Source: Bacteroidales bacterium (GTDB taxonomy: Bacteria; Bacteroidota; Bacteroidia; Bacteroidales; JBGRPZ01). Taken from it: DNA of 64,000 nt. The notes under the pieces were generated by a model that saw nothing but the letters and a program-made list of their open reading frames with translations, made no database searches and was not told the DNA's origin. A program made the translations under genes and the position numbers. This document shows, piece by piece, positions 46,841 to 55,607 of the stretch. Position 1 is the stretch's first letter. Each line of letters begins with the position of its first letter. The stretch is from positions 37,593 to 101,592 of the forward strand of contig JBGRQE010000006.1 of assembly GCA_041725955.1 (NCBI GenBank), read 5' to 3'.

Positions 46841-49276
46841 ATGCAGCACAAAACTACCACTGTATTTAATGTAATTGCTTTTTTACTAATACTCACTTTC
46901 TTATCTCATAACTCTTTTTCCCAAAGACATTTCATTTATAAAAAGAAACGAAAGAATATATATTTTGAAGATTATATAGACTTAAATAAGAATGGAAAGA
47001 AGGATTTTTATGAAGATCCTGAAATTGATGTTGAGGTTCGTATTGCCGATCTTTTAAAGCAAATGACCTTAGAAGAAAAAACTTGTCAGTTGGCAACCCT
47101 GTATGGCTATGGACGTGTTCTGAAAGATCCTTTGCCTGCCAAAGGATGGGAAAATGAAATATGGAAAGATGGTATAGGAAATATCGACGAACATCTAAAC
47201 TCTGTTGCCTACCATCCCGAAGCTGAAACCAAGTTCTCGGAACCTCCGGCACTACATGCTAAAGCCATTAACGAAACTCAGCGTTTTTTTGTTGAAGAAA
47301 CGCGTTTGGGTATTCCTGCCGACTTTACTACTGAGGGAATACGAGGTTTATGCCATAAAGGTGCTACTTCTTTTCCTTCGCAAATTGGGCAGGGAAGTAC
47401 CTGGAATACCGATTTGATTTATGAGATTGGATGTATTACGGCTCTTGAGGCTAAGAGCCTTGGATATACTAATGTTTATAGTCCTGTTTTAGATCTGGCA
47501 CGCGATCCAAGATGGGGAAGAGTGCTGAGTTGTTATGGAGAAGATCCTTTCCTTGTTTCCCGAATGGGAATGGAAATGGTTGAAGGCCTCCAAGATCATG
47601 GTGTTGCATCAACATTAAAGCATTTTGCGGTTTACTCTATACCTAAGGGAGGACGCGATGGTGCAGCAAAAACTGATCCCCAATGTGGTATGCGTGATTT
47701 GCACTCCATACATCTTTACCCCTTCAAGAAAGCTGTTACTACAGCACATGCCTTGGGTGTAATGAGTTCGTATAACGATTTTGATGGAGTTCCGGTAAGT
47801 AGCAGCTCTTTTCTTTTAGATAGTCTATTGCGCAAACAATGGGGGTTTCAAGGGTATGTGGTTTCCGACAGTTGGGCTGTAGGGGGCCTACATGGCAGAC
47901 ATTTTATTGCTGATGATTTTAAAGATTGTGTTGAAAAATCGATAAAAGCAGGATTGAATGTGCGAACCAATTTTAGTCCTCCGGAAGATTTTATATTTCC
48001 ACTTCGAGAATTGATTGATGAAGGAAAAATATCAGAGCAAACGCTTAATGATCGTGTTCGTGATGTGTTACGAGTTAAGTTTTTGCTGGGTCTTTTTGAT
48101 AAGCCTTATGTTGAGGAATTTAAAAAGGCAAATCATTATGTTCATAGAGATGAACATGCTTCTATAGCAAAACTAGCAACACTCGAATCTATAGTATTGC
48201 TCAAGAATGATGGTTTTCTTCCCTTGGATAGAAAGAAGAAACAGAAGATTCTGGTTTGTGGCCCAAATGCTAAATATATAAATAATAGTATCGGGAGATA
48301 TGGACCCAGCGGAAATGAAGTGATTTCGGTTTGGGAGGGCCTGGAAGAAATAGATAAAGGAAAAGTTAAAATTGACTATTGCAAAGGATGTGATCATTAT
48401 GATGAAAACTGGCCTGCGAATGAGATTTATGATATTCCTCCTTCCAATACTCAACAGGCATTGATTGATGAAGCTATAGAAAAGGCAAAGGAAAACGATG
48501 TTATAATTCTTGTTTTGGGAGATAATCAGGAAACTGTAGGGGAGAATAAAAGCCGTACATCTTTGAATTTGCCCGGCAATCAGAAAGACTTGGTTAAGGC
48601 GATGATCAAAACAGGAAAAACCATTATAGCTATATTAATCAATGGCCGTCCGCTTACAATAAATACACTGGATTTAAAAGCAAATGCAATTATCGAAGCA
48701 TGGCTTCCCGGTGAATACGGAGGAGAAGCTATCGCTGAAGTGTTGTTTGGAGATTATAATCCCGGAGGAAAACTCTCTCTAACTTTTCCTCGTACGGTAG
48801 GACAACTGCCTTTTAACTTTCCTTGCAAGCCCAAATCACAGGCCGGTCAAAGCCAGAAGCCAATAGGTGTAACTCGGGTGAGTGGGGCATTGTATCCTTT
48901 TGGACATGGTTTAAGTTATTCCGATTTTGAGTATTCTGGTTTGCAAATTTCGGAACCTCATGATCAGGATCATGATAATTATATTATCGTTTCATTTAAT
49001 GTGAAGAATGTAAGTAATTGCAGCGGAGAGGAGGTTCCCCAGCTTTATATAAATGATAAAATTTCAAGTTTAGTGACCTTTGAAAAGGTGTTGCGTGGAT
49101 TTAAACGTATTCGTTTGGACAAAGGAGAAACTTCGAAGCTTACATTTATTCTTAGTCAGGAAGATTTTATGTTTATAGATGCCAGTGGTAAGATGATATT
49201 TGAACCAGGTGAATTTGAAATTATGGTTGGTTCTTCTTCGGAGGATACCCGCTTAAGCCGGGTAATAAAATTATAG
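46841..49276 (+). CDS. Glycoside hydrolase family 3 (beta-glucosidase-type) protein
   Basis: The motifs are LARDPRWGRV, KHFAVYS, the nucleophile region GYVVSDSWAV, and a C-terminal Fn3-like domain. I prefer the ATG at 46841. Confidence 0.85.
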   Translation: MQHKTTTVFNVIAFLLILTFLSHNSFSQRHFIYKKKRKNIYFEDYIDLNKNGKKDFYEDPEIDVEVRIADLLKQMTLEEKTCQLATLYGYGRVLKDPLPAKGWENEIWKDGIGNIDEHLNSVAYHPEAETKFSEPPALHAKAINETQRFFVEETRLGIPADFTTEGIRGLCHKGATSFPSQIGQGSTWNTDLIYEIGCITALEAKSLGYTNVYSPVLDLARDPRWGRVLSCYGEDPFLVSRMGMEMVEGLQDHGVASTLKHFAVYSIPKGGRDGAAKTDPQCGMRDLHSIHLYPFKKAVTTAHALGVMSSYNDFDGVPVSSSSFLLDSLLRKQWGFQGYVVSDSWAVGGLHGRHFIADDFKDCVEKSIKAGLNVRTNFSPPEDFIFPLRELIDEGKISEQTLNDRVRDVLRVKFLLGLFDKPYVEEFKKANHYVHRDEHASIAKLATLESIVLLKNDGFLPLDRKKKQKILVCGPNAKYINNSIGRYGPSGNEVISVWEGLEEIDKGKVKIDYCKGCDHYDENWPANEIYDIPPSNTQQALIDEAIEKAKENDVIILVLGDNQETVGENKSRTSLNLPGNQKDLVKAMIKTGKTIIAILINGRPLTINTLDLKANAIIEAWLPGEYGGEAIAEVLFGDYNPGGKLSLTFPRTVGQLPFNFPCKPKSQAGQSQKPIGVTRVSGALYPFGHGLSYSDFEYSGLQISEPHDQDHDNYIIVSFNVKNVSNCSGEEVPQLYINDKISSLVTFEKVLRGFKRIRLDKGETSKLTFILSQEDFMFIDASGKMIFEPGEFEIMVGSSSEDTRLSRVIKL

Positions 49277-49394
49277 TTTTTATATGTTTCTAATCAGAGA
49301 TTCGGAATAATAGCTTTAAGTGCAACTATTTAAGAACTTGATTTGTCTTTAGTCTTTATAGTTAAAGAAAATTAAAAACAAATTAATTGTTCTT

Positions 49395-50582
49395 ATGAAA
49401 AAGTTTTTATTCGTTTTTATTACACTATTCCTGTTTTCAGGAAATGGTTTTTCTCAGAATATAGAAGGAGAAGGTATCACTATTAAAACAGAGAAATCTG
49501 TGGATTGTATTATTGAAGAAATCATTAAGCCTTTTGTTGCCCCTTTAAAAAATAAAGGTAAGGTTGAAAGCCTTAGAGCTTTTGGGGATTTTGCACAAAT
49601 AGGTTGGTTTTCGAATGGATCTGCAATGGGGATTAAGGAAGGATTAGTAATATCATCAGGTTATGTAGATTCTTTACAGTATCCCAACAATAATGGGAAT
49701 TTAACAGGCCAACTGAATGGTGGGGGAGATACTGATTTAAACGGGCTTGGAAATCTTTATTCAACTAACAGTTATTCCTTTGATGCAAGTGGTGTTTGTT
49801 TTTATTTTACTCCCAAAGAAGGGGTGAGTGAGATAAAGTTTGAATTGATTTTTGGATCTGAGAATTATAATGAATTTGTGCCTGAGAAAAGTGATGAAGC
49901 CGCTATGGAAAACAGATTCATTGATCGCTTTGGAATTTTTATCAGTGGAAAGGGAATAGAAGGTCCTTTTTCGCAAAATTCAGAGAATATTGCTACAGTT
50001 CCATTTCAGTCAGATAAATATATATCATTGAATACCATTAATTGTGGTAAAGAATCATCTTTTGGTGTTACTCCTCCTGGTTATTCTGATCCTAGTCAAG
50101 GCTGTAATTGTAATATGTTGGTGTTTAATGATTTTAAAGATAATAAACATTCTGCTTTAGATGCCTATACCAAACCTATAATGGTAAAAGCCAATTTGAT
50201 TTCTGGAGAAAAGTATTTGGTGAAAATTGTTTTGGGAGATTTGAGTGATGGTAATTGGGATTCTGGATTATTTATACGTGTAAATTATGATGCCAATAAT
50301 GATGAATTTATACCCAATAAAGTTGAAGATTATGTTTCACAGAAATTATTGGAAGTATACCCCAATCCAGCAAAAGATAATGCAATAGTGATTGTGCCCT
50401 CTGATATTAAGCAGGCACAACTTAAAGTATATGATATTCATGGGAGAGTGATGGTTGAGAAGTGTGTTCATGGAGGAGAGAAAGCAAATTTATCATTGAA
50501 TCATATTCCGTCAGGAATATATTGTGTGATTATTGAGGATGGAGATGAAAATATATACAGAGAAAAGCTACAAGTAAGATAG
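49395..50582 (+). CDS. T9SS-sorted secreted protein, choice-of-anchor-L-like domain (paralog 1 of 3)
   Basis: It has a signal peptide, the core FGSENYNEFV ... DRFGIFISG ... NIATVPF ... DAYTKPIMVKANL ... KIVLGDLSDGNWDSGLFI, and the C-terminus VYPNPAKDNAIVIV...GIYCVII. Confidence 0.6.
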   Translation: MKKFLFVFITLFLFSGNGFSQNIEGEGITIKTEKSVDCIIEEIIKPFVAPLKNKGKVESLRAFGDFAQIGWFSNGSAMGIKEGLVISSGYVDSLQYPNNNGNLTGQLNGGGDTDLNGLGNLYSTNSYSFDASGVCFYFTPKEGVSEIKFELIFGSENYNEFVPEKSDEAAMENRFIDRFGIFISGKGIEGPFSQNSENIATVPFQSDKYISLNTINCGKESSFGVTPPGYSDPSQGCNCNMLVFNDFKDNKHSALDAYTKPIMVKANLISGEKYLVKIVLGDLSDGNWDSGLFIRVNYDANNDEFIPNKVEDYVSQKLLEVYPNPAKDNAIVIVPSDIKQAQLKVYDIHGRVMVEKCVHGGEKANLSLNHIPSGIYCVIIEDGDENIYREKLQVR

Positions 50583-50754
50583 AGTGATATCAAAAATCAA
50601 CCAAAATCATTTTATGTTTAAGACCACCAGTGGTAAGATAATATTGAATACAGAAGCAACCTTTTCGTATGGGTTTGTGTCTGAAGAGAATAACTTAAAC
50701 TTGATCTTAATTAAACTTATTTATTGAAATAATTGTTTTTTTAAAGCGATTAAG

Positions 50755-50785
50755 ACCCAGTTAGTTACTGGGTTGATTTTTGTTT
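50755..50785 (+). terminator. Hairpin terminator after paralog 1
   Basis: The stem ACCCAGT tagtt ACTGGGT is followed by TGATTTTTGTTT. Confidence 0.55.
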
Positions 50786-50807
50786 CTTTCTCTAAAAATA
50801 AAAAACC

Positions 50808-51983
50808 ATGAAAAAAAACTTTACTCTTTATTTAGCTCTGGTAGCAGGGCTTGTCCTTTCGTTTCAGTCTTTTGCCCAAAATAGTGGTGTTGTAGTTAAC
50901 CTTGTTGAAAACAACGAAGATGCTGTTGAAATAATCGAAAACACTCTTCTTGCACCTATTACAGATCTGGGAACAATTTCTAATATTACATATGTAGGTA
51001 GTTCTATGGCGATTGCCAGTTTTTCTAATGCTCAGGAAATTGGAATTCCATCAGGAATGATTTTAAGCACTGGAAAAGCTAAAGATGTTTTTTCTATTAA
51101 CAATAGTCCATCAAAAGGATCATCACTCAATTCTCCTGGAGATGCAATTCTAGCTGACTTAGTAGGTAATAATATAACACATGATGCTAGTTGTATTGAA
51201 TTTGATTTTATTCCTAATGATGGAGTAACAGAAATCCGTTTTGAAATGATATTTGGTTCTGAGGAATATCATGAGTATGTTTCAAAAATGGCTCAAAGAG
51301 ACGATCCTCAGGTGAATTTGTATAATGATGCTTTTGGCTTTTTTGTGACTGGATCAGATATTAATGGTGATTTTCAAAATGGAGCACTTAATATTGCCAC
51401 AGTTCCCTTTCAAGCAGATTATATAAGTGTGGGATCAGTGAATTGTGGGTATGAATCTAAGTTTAAAGTAACTCCTCCTGGTAAAATAAATCCTGTATTT
51501 GGTAGTAATTGTAGTATGCTTATTCATAATGATAATTTAGATATTGAATATTCCACATTTGATGCTTATACAAAGCCGCTAATGATTCATGCCAATTTAA
51601 CTCCAGGTTTGCAATATCATTTTAAGATTGTAATTGCAGATGCAAGAGATGGTGCTTATGATTCAGGATTGCTTTTTAGAATAAACAATGCTGCAACCAA
51701 TGATGCTTTTAAACCTACAGGATTAGGTGAGGTAAATATGGAAAATCAGATTCAGCTATCTCCAAATCCAGCAGTTGATTTTACATCCATTCAACTTCCC
51801 AATACTTTTAAGCAAGCAAGTTTAAAAGTATATGATATGCAGGGAAAAATTGTTTCGGAAAGAAGTGTTGTTGGAGGAGAGAAAGTGAAGTTACAGATTA
51901 ATGATATTCCTTCTGGTATGTATACTGTTATTGTTGAAGGAAAATCAGATCAAGTATATACTGCAAAGCTTCAAATTAGATAG
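50808..51983 (+). CDS. T9SS-sorted secreted protein, choice-of-anchor-L-like domain (paralog 2 of 3)
   Basis: The core is FGSEEYHEYV ... NDAFGFFVTG ... NIATVPF ... DAYTKPLMIHANL ... KIVIADARDGAYDSGLLF. The C-terminus reads LSPNPAVDFTSIQL...GMYTVIV. Confidence 0.6.
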   Translation: MKKNFTLYLALVAGLVLSFQSFAQNSGVVVNLVENNEDAVEIIENTLLAPITDLGTISNITYVGSSMAIASFSNAQEIGIPSGMILSTGKAKDVFSINNSPSKGSSLNSPGDAILADLVGNNITHDASCIEFDFIPNDGVTEIRFEMIFGSEEYHEYVSKMAQRDDPQVNLYNDAFGFFVTGSDINGDFQNGALNIATVPFQADYISVGSVNCGYESKFKVTPPGKINPVFGSNCSMLIHNDNLDIEYSTFDAYTKPLMIHANLTPGLQYHFKIVIADARDGAYDSGLLFRINNAATNDAFKPTGLGEVNMENQIQLSPNPAVDFTSIQLPNTFKQASLKVYDMQGKIVSERSVVGGEKVKLQINDIPSGMYTVIVEGKSDQVYTAKLQIR

Positions 51984-52119
51984 TGCAATTTTTTGAAATA
52001 AATGGGGGTATTTCTACTTAGCGAAATTTACCCTGTGCAAAAAGGGTATACAAGCTGTTTTTCTGTATGGTTTTCCCCCATATCTTTGCAATATCAATTT
52101 AAGAGGAGATCTTCCTCGT

Positions 52120-52340
52120 AGTTCATAGTTTAAATGTTTCGGTTTCATAGCCCGGAACAGAGTTTAGAGTTCATAGTTTAAATGTTTCGGTTTCATAGTC
52201 CGGAACAGAGTTTTAGTTCATAGTTTAGTCGGAATATTAGTTTCATAGCCTAGTAATTCCGCTTTGAGTTTTAGTTTTCGAGCCGGTTTCATAGCCCGGT
52301 TTAGAGTAAGTTTAGCGAAGTTTCAGTTTCATAGTCTGAG
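52120..52340. repeat. Intergenic tandem array: two near-identical 47-48-bp units followed by decaying copies, with the recurring motif GTT(T)CATAG
   Basis: Unit 1 spans 52120-52167 and unit 2 spans 52168-52214, and they are almost identical. GTTTCATAG[CT]C starts at 52142, 52190, 52240, 52286 and 52326. Stops occur in all frames. Confidence 0.9.
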
Positions 52341-52382
52341 GCTTCAATTTATTGAGAGCGCATTATATAAGCGCAAGATACA

Positions 52383-52417
52383 AAAGACTGTAATCGTAGA
52401 AGATGCAGTCTTTTTTT
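52383..52417 (+). terminator. Hairpin terminator closing the repeat-containing intergenic region
   Basis: The stem AAGACTG ... CAGTCTT has a 15-nt loop and is followed by T7. Confidence 0.55.
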
Positions 52418-52580
52418 GTTTTTACCTTTTCTTATGCAACTTTTCTATTGTTTACTGTGTCTGTAAGGTGTTATTGATCTAAAAACCTATTAATGTTATT
52501 TTTATTTAGTTGACATTCTTCTATTTCTTAAACTAAGTTGATTACTTACTCGAAGAATTGTCAAATATAAGACTAAGCAT

Positions 52581-53741
52581 ATGAAAAAGAATTATATACT
52601 ATTGATTACAGCTTTATTTTGCTTAAACAATTTCTTGTTTTCTCAGGCTCCTGATGAGAAATATTATACAGTTACTCCCGCTCAAACTGAAAATGAAGCA
52701 AAAAAGATTATTGAAGATCGTTTTCTGAAACAATTTGAAATGCAGGGAACTGTGTCGAATTTAAAAATAATTGGCGTACCTGAAGCTATCGGTTATTATG
52801 TTCATGGAGAAACTTTGGGATTAAAGAGTACTGTTGGGATTGTTTTGTCCACTGGTCGTGCAAAAAGTACTGAAGGGCCGAATGACCATTCTGGTAAGTC
52901 GGAATCTAATGGTGTAGGAGGTGATGTAGATGCTGAAATCCTTGCTCAAAATAAAACTTACGATGCTAGTGGATTTGAATTTGACTTCCACTATAATAGT
53001 GGCGAGAAGAACTTTGTTATGAGTTATGTATTCGGATCAGAGGAGTATCATGAATATAGTCCTAAGAATGATGATGATAAGGTAAATCCGTATTCTGATG
53101 TAATGGGTGTTTTTGCAACAGGCAAAAACTATAAAGGAGAATTTAGCAATCATTCCCAAAACTTTGCTTTAGTTCCTATTACAAATCAAAGTGTGAATTT
53201 AAATAATGTTCATTGTGGATATGAAAGTGAACATAGAATATTACCTCCCGGTAAGAAAGCAGGCGGAGAAAATAAAGGGCAAAATTGTAATTTTCTTGTG
53301 CATAATGATCATGTCAGTCGAAAGTATATTCAAATGGATGCTTATATAGTTCCTTTTCTTGCTTCGATTCCACTTTATTCAGATGAAAAGATGGTTCATA
53401 TAAAAGTGGTTATTGCTGATTCTAGAGATGGTGCTTATAATTCTGCAATTTTTTTGGAAGGGCCTAAATTATCCGAAGGGATTGATGACATTGATCAAGA
53501 AGACGAAATAAAAATTTATCCGAATCCTACCTCTGGTGAAGTGACTATTACAGCAGAAGAAGATATGGAACATCCTGTAATTTATGTTTATGACCTAAGA
53601 GGAAGCCTTGTTGTTTGTGAAAATCTTTCTGATGCCAAAGAAAATACGATTAATCTTTCTTTCCTTCCATCAGGAATCTATCAAGCAGTTATAAGCGATT
53701 CTGGAGTGAAATTATATTCAAAAAAGATACAAGTAAAATAA
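52581..53741 (+). CDS. T9SS-sorted secreted protein, choice-of-anchor-L-like domain (paralog 3 of 3)
   Basis: The core is FGSEEYHEYS ... SDVMGVFATG ... NFALVPI ... DAYIVPFLASIPL ... KVVIADSRDGAYNSAIFL. The C-terminus reads IYPNPTSGEVTIT...GIYQAVI. Confidence 0.6.
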   Translation: MKKNYILLITALFCLNNFLFSQAPDEKYYTVTPAQTENEAKKIIEDRFLKQFEMQGTVSNLKIIGVPEAIGYYVHGETLGLKSTVGIVLSTGRAKSTEGPNDHSGKSESNGVGGDVDAEILAQNKTYDASGFEFDFHYNSGEKNFVMSYVFGSEEYHEYSPKNDDDKVNPYSDVMGVFATGKNYKGEFSNHSQNFALVPITNQSVNLNNVHCGYESEHRILPPGKKAGGENKGQNCNFLVHNDHVSRKYIQMDAYIVPFLASIPLYSDEKMVHIKVVIADSRDGAYNSAIFLEGPKLSEGIDDIDQEDEIKIYPNPTSGEVTITAEEDMEHPVIYVYDLRGSLVVCENLSDAKENTINLSFLPSGIYQAVISDSGVKLYSKKIQVK

Positions 53742-53824
53742 GTATAGAGAAAAGGTAAAGGTTGTTTTATTGGGCAATTTAATGCTAAGTAATATTAATT
53801 ATGTTTTTGTAATTGGGTTAAGTA

Positions 53825-53856
53825 ATGCCGAGAATGTTTTTTCTCGGCATTTTTTA
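53825..53856. terminator. Bidirectional hairpin terminator between convergent genes
   Basis: A 10-bp stem, ATGCCGAGAA / TTCTCGGCAT, followed by T5. Confidence 0.75.
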
Positions 53857-53858
53857 TT

Positions 53859-55397
53859 TTATTTCTTTAAGATGATTCTGAAAGTTGTTCCAGCATCAAT
53901 TACAGAGTTTTTTACAAATATTTTTCCTTTGTGGTAGTTCTTTATAATTCTTCGGGTTAAGCTAAGTCCCAGACCCCAGCCTCTTTTCTTAGTTGTATAT
54001 CCAGGATAGAATACCCGTTTAAATTTTCCTTTTGGAATTCCCTTACCTGTATCTTTTACATCTATAAATACAAATTTGGAATCTTCTTTTAGGTTTATAG
54101 TAATTTGCCCCTTGGCACCACTCATTGCATCGATTGCATTTTTGCATAAGTTCTCAATAACCCATCCAAAGAGATGAGCATTTAAAGGAATAATTATTGT
54201 TTGTTTTGGATCGATATTCAATACATAATTAACTTTTCTGCTGGTTCGTGGTCTTAAATAATCAACGACTTCATAAATTACTTCAACAACATTCATAGGA
54301 AGTAATTCTGATGGCGAACCTACTTTTGAGAAGCGTTCGGTTATTTTCTGTAATCGTACCAGATCTTTATCGATTTCACTCAGTATATCTTCACTTACAT
54401 TATCAAGACGCAGTAGTTCTGTCCACCCTATCAATGATGAAAGTGGAGTTCCTAGCTGATGAGCTGTTTCTTTTGACATCCCCACCCATACTTGATTTTG
54501 CTCACTTTTACGGCTGGTAGAAAAGATAAGGTATGCAGTAAAGACAAATACTGCGATTATAAACATTTGAGTAATAGGGAAATATTTGAATTCGGTAACT
54601 ACAGGCCTGTCTTTATAGAATATATAACTCTTTCCCTGGTCGATAAAGTCAATATGAATAGGCTCATTTTCCGATTTCATTATATTTAATGTCTTCCTAG
54701 CAAAATAAGGATCCTTCATTTGTGAGATAGGAATATTACCATATCGAATTACATTGATTTGCGTGCTATCGGTAATAATTACAGGAACAGAATTTGAATT
54801 GGAAGCCACTTCATCAAAGAAGTTATTTTCCAGGTTATTCATCTGTTCATGTAATTCTGTATAAATTTTTGATCGCCGGTAGTGCAACTTAATATCTTGC
54901 CCCTCCATTGGAATGGAAATCGGTTTAAACTCGGAGAACATTTCTTTAATCTTGCCCTCAAACTTCATTCCTTCCTTTACCATTCCGTCAGTGTTTTTTT
55001 CTTGGTCGATAATATCGCCGTTGGTAACTACAATCGGAATATTTTCATTAGATTTTATAATCTCTAAGACCAGAGTAAGCGATTCGGAGTTGTTTGGGGC
55101 GTGCAATAAGTGATAGGCATTTGCAAGAAGCTCAACTTTTGTATCTTCTTCCTCGCTCAGTTGTTTGAATAATTTTTCGTCATAAAGCACAAATTCCCTC
55201 TTCTTTTTGATTGACTGCGCCCAAGTTTTAACGTTTTTGCGGTCGTCGGCTCTTAATTTGGATACCATTCTATCAGTATACCATAGAGAAATAGCTATAA
55301 TAACAATAGCTATTACCAAAAATATCCATTTCCATCTATCTTTCTGGGAATAGATACTTCTTGTTAATGATTTAAAATTCAAAATATTCCAGTGCAT
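53859..55397 (-). CDS. Sensor histidine kinase (two transmembrane segments, orphan)
   Basis: It has the H-box ETAHQLGTPLSSLIGW, the N-box ENLCKNAIDA and the G-boxes DTGKGI / GWGLGLSLTRRI. No response regulator is adjacent. Confidence 0.85.
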   Translation of the reverse strand: MHWNILNFKSLTRSIYSQKDRWKWIFLVIAIVIIAISLWYTDRMVSKLRADDRKNVKTWAQSIKKKREFVLYDEKLFKQLSEEEDTKVELLANAYHLLHAPNNSESLTLVLEIIKSNENIPIVVTNGDIIDQEKNTDGMVKEGMKFEGKIKEMFSEFKPISIPMEGQDIKLHYRRSKIYTELHEQMNNLENNFFDEVASNSNSVPVIITDSTQINVIRYGNIPISQMKDPYFARKTLNIMKSENEPIHIDFIDQGKSYIFYKDRPVVTEFKYFPITQMFIIAVFVFTAYLIFSTSRKSEQNQVWVGMSKETAHQLGTPLSSLIGWTELLRLDNVSEDILSEIDKDLVRLQKITERFSKVGSPSELLPMNVVEVIYEVVDYLRPRTSRKVNYVLNIDPKQTIIIPLNAHLFGWVIENLCKNAIDAMSGAKGQITINLKEDSKFVFIDVKDTGKGIPKGKFKRVFYPGYTTKKRGWGLGLSLTRRIIKNYHKGKIFVKNSVIDAGTTFRIILKK

Positions 55398-55516
55398 AAC
55401 CTCAAAAACTTATAAATAATATTCTAACGTTTAAAAGTACAAATCCTTTTGCAAATGAGTATTAATCAATTCATTTGATAAGCATATCTTGAAAGAAAAT
55501 ACTTCAATTATTTTTT

Positions 55517-55524
55517 TAAATTTG
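55517..55524 (+). promoter_or_regulatory. -7 promoter box TAAATTTG
   Basis: It matches TAnnTTTG and lies upstream of the ATG at 55608. Confidence 0.35.
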
Positions 55525-55607
55525 CTAACCATCAGAAAAGGGACTGATATACAACAAATACAAGAAAATTGAAACGACACTAATAATTAATAATACAACA
55601 ATAAAAA

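Noticed and set aside
52264-52482. Track ORF of 72 aa on the plus strand, between T9SS paralogs 2 and 3.
   Set aside because: It starts at a TTG, lies inside the decaying repeat array and reads straight through the hairpin/T7 terminator at 52383-52417.
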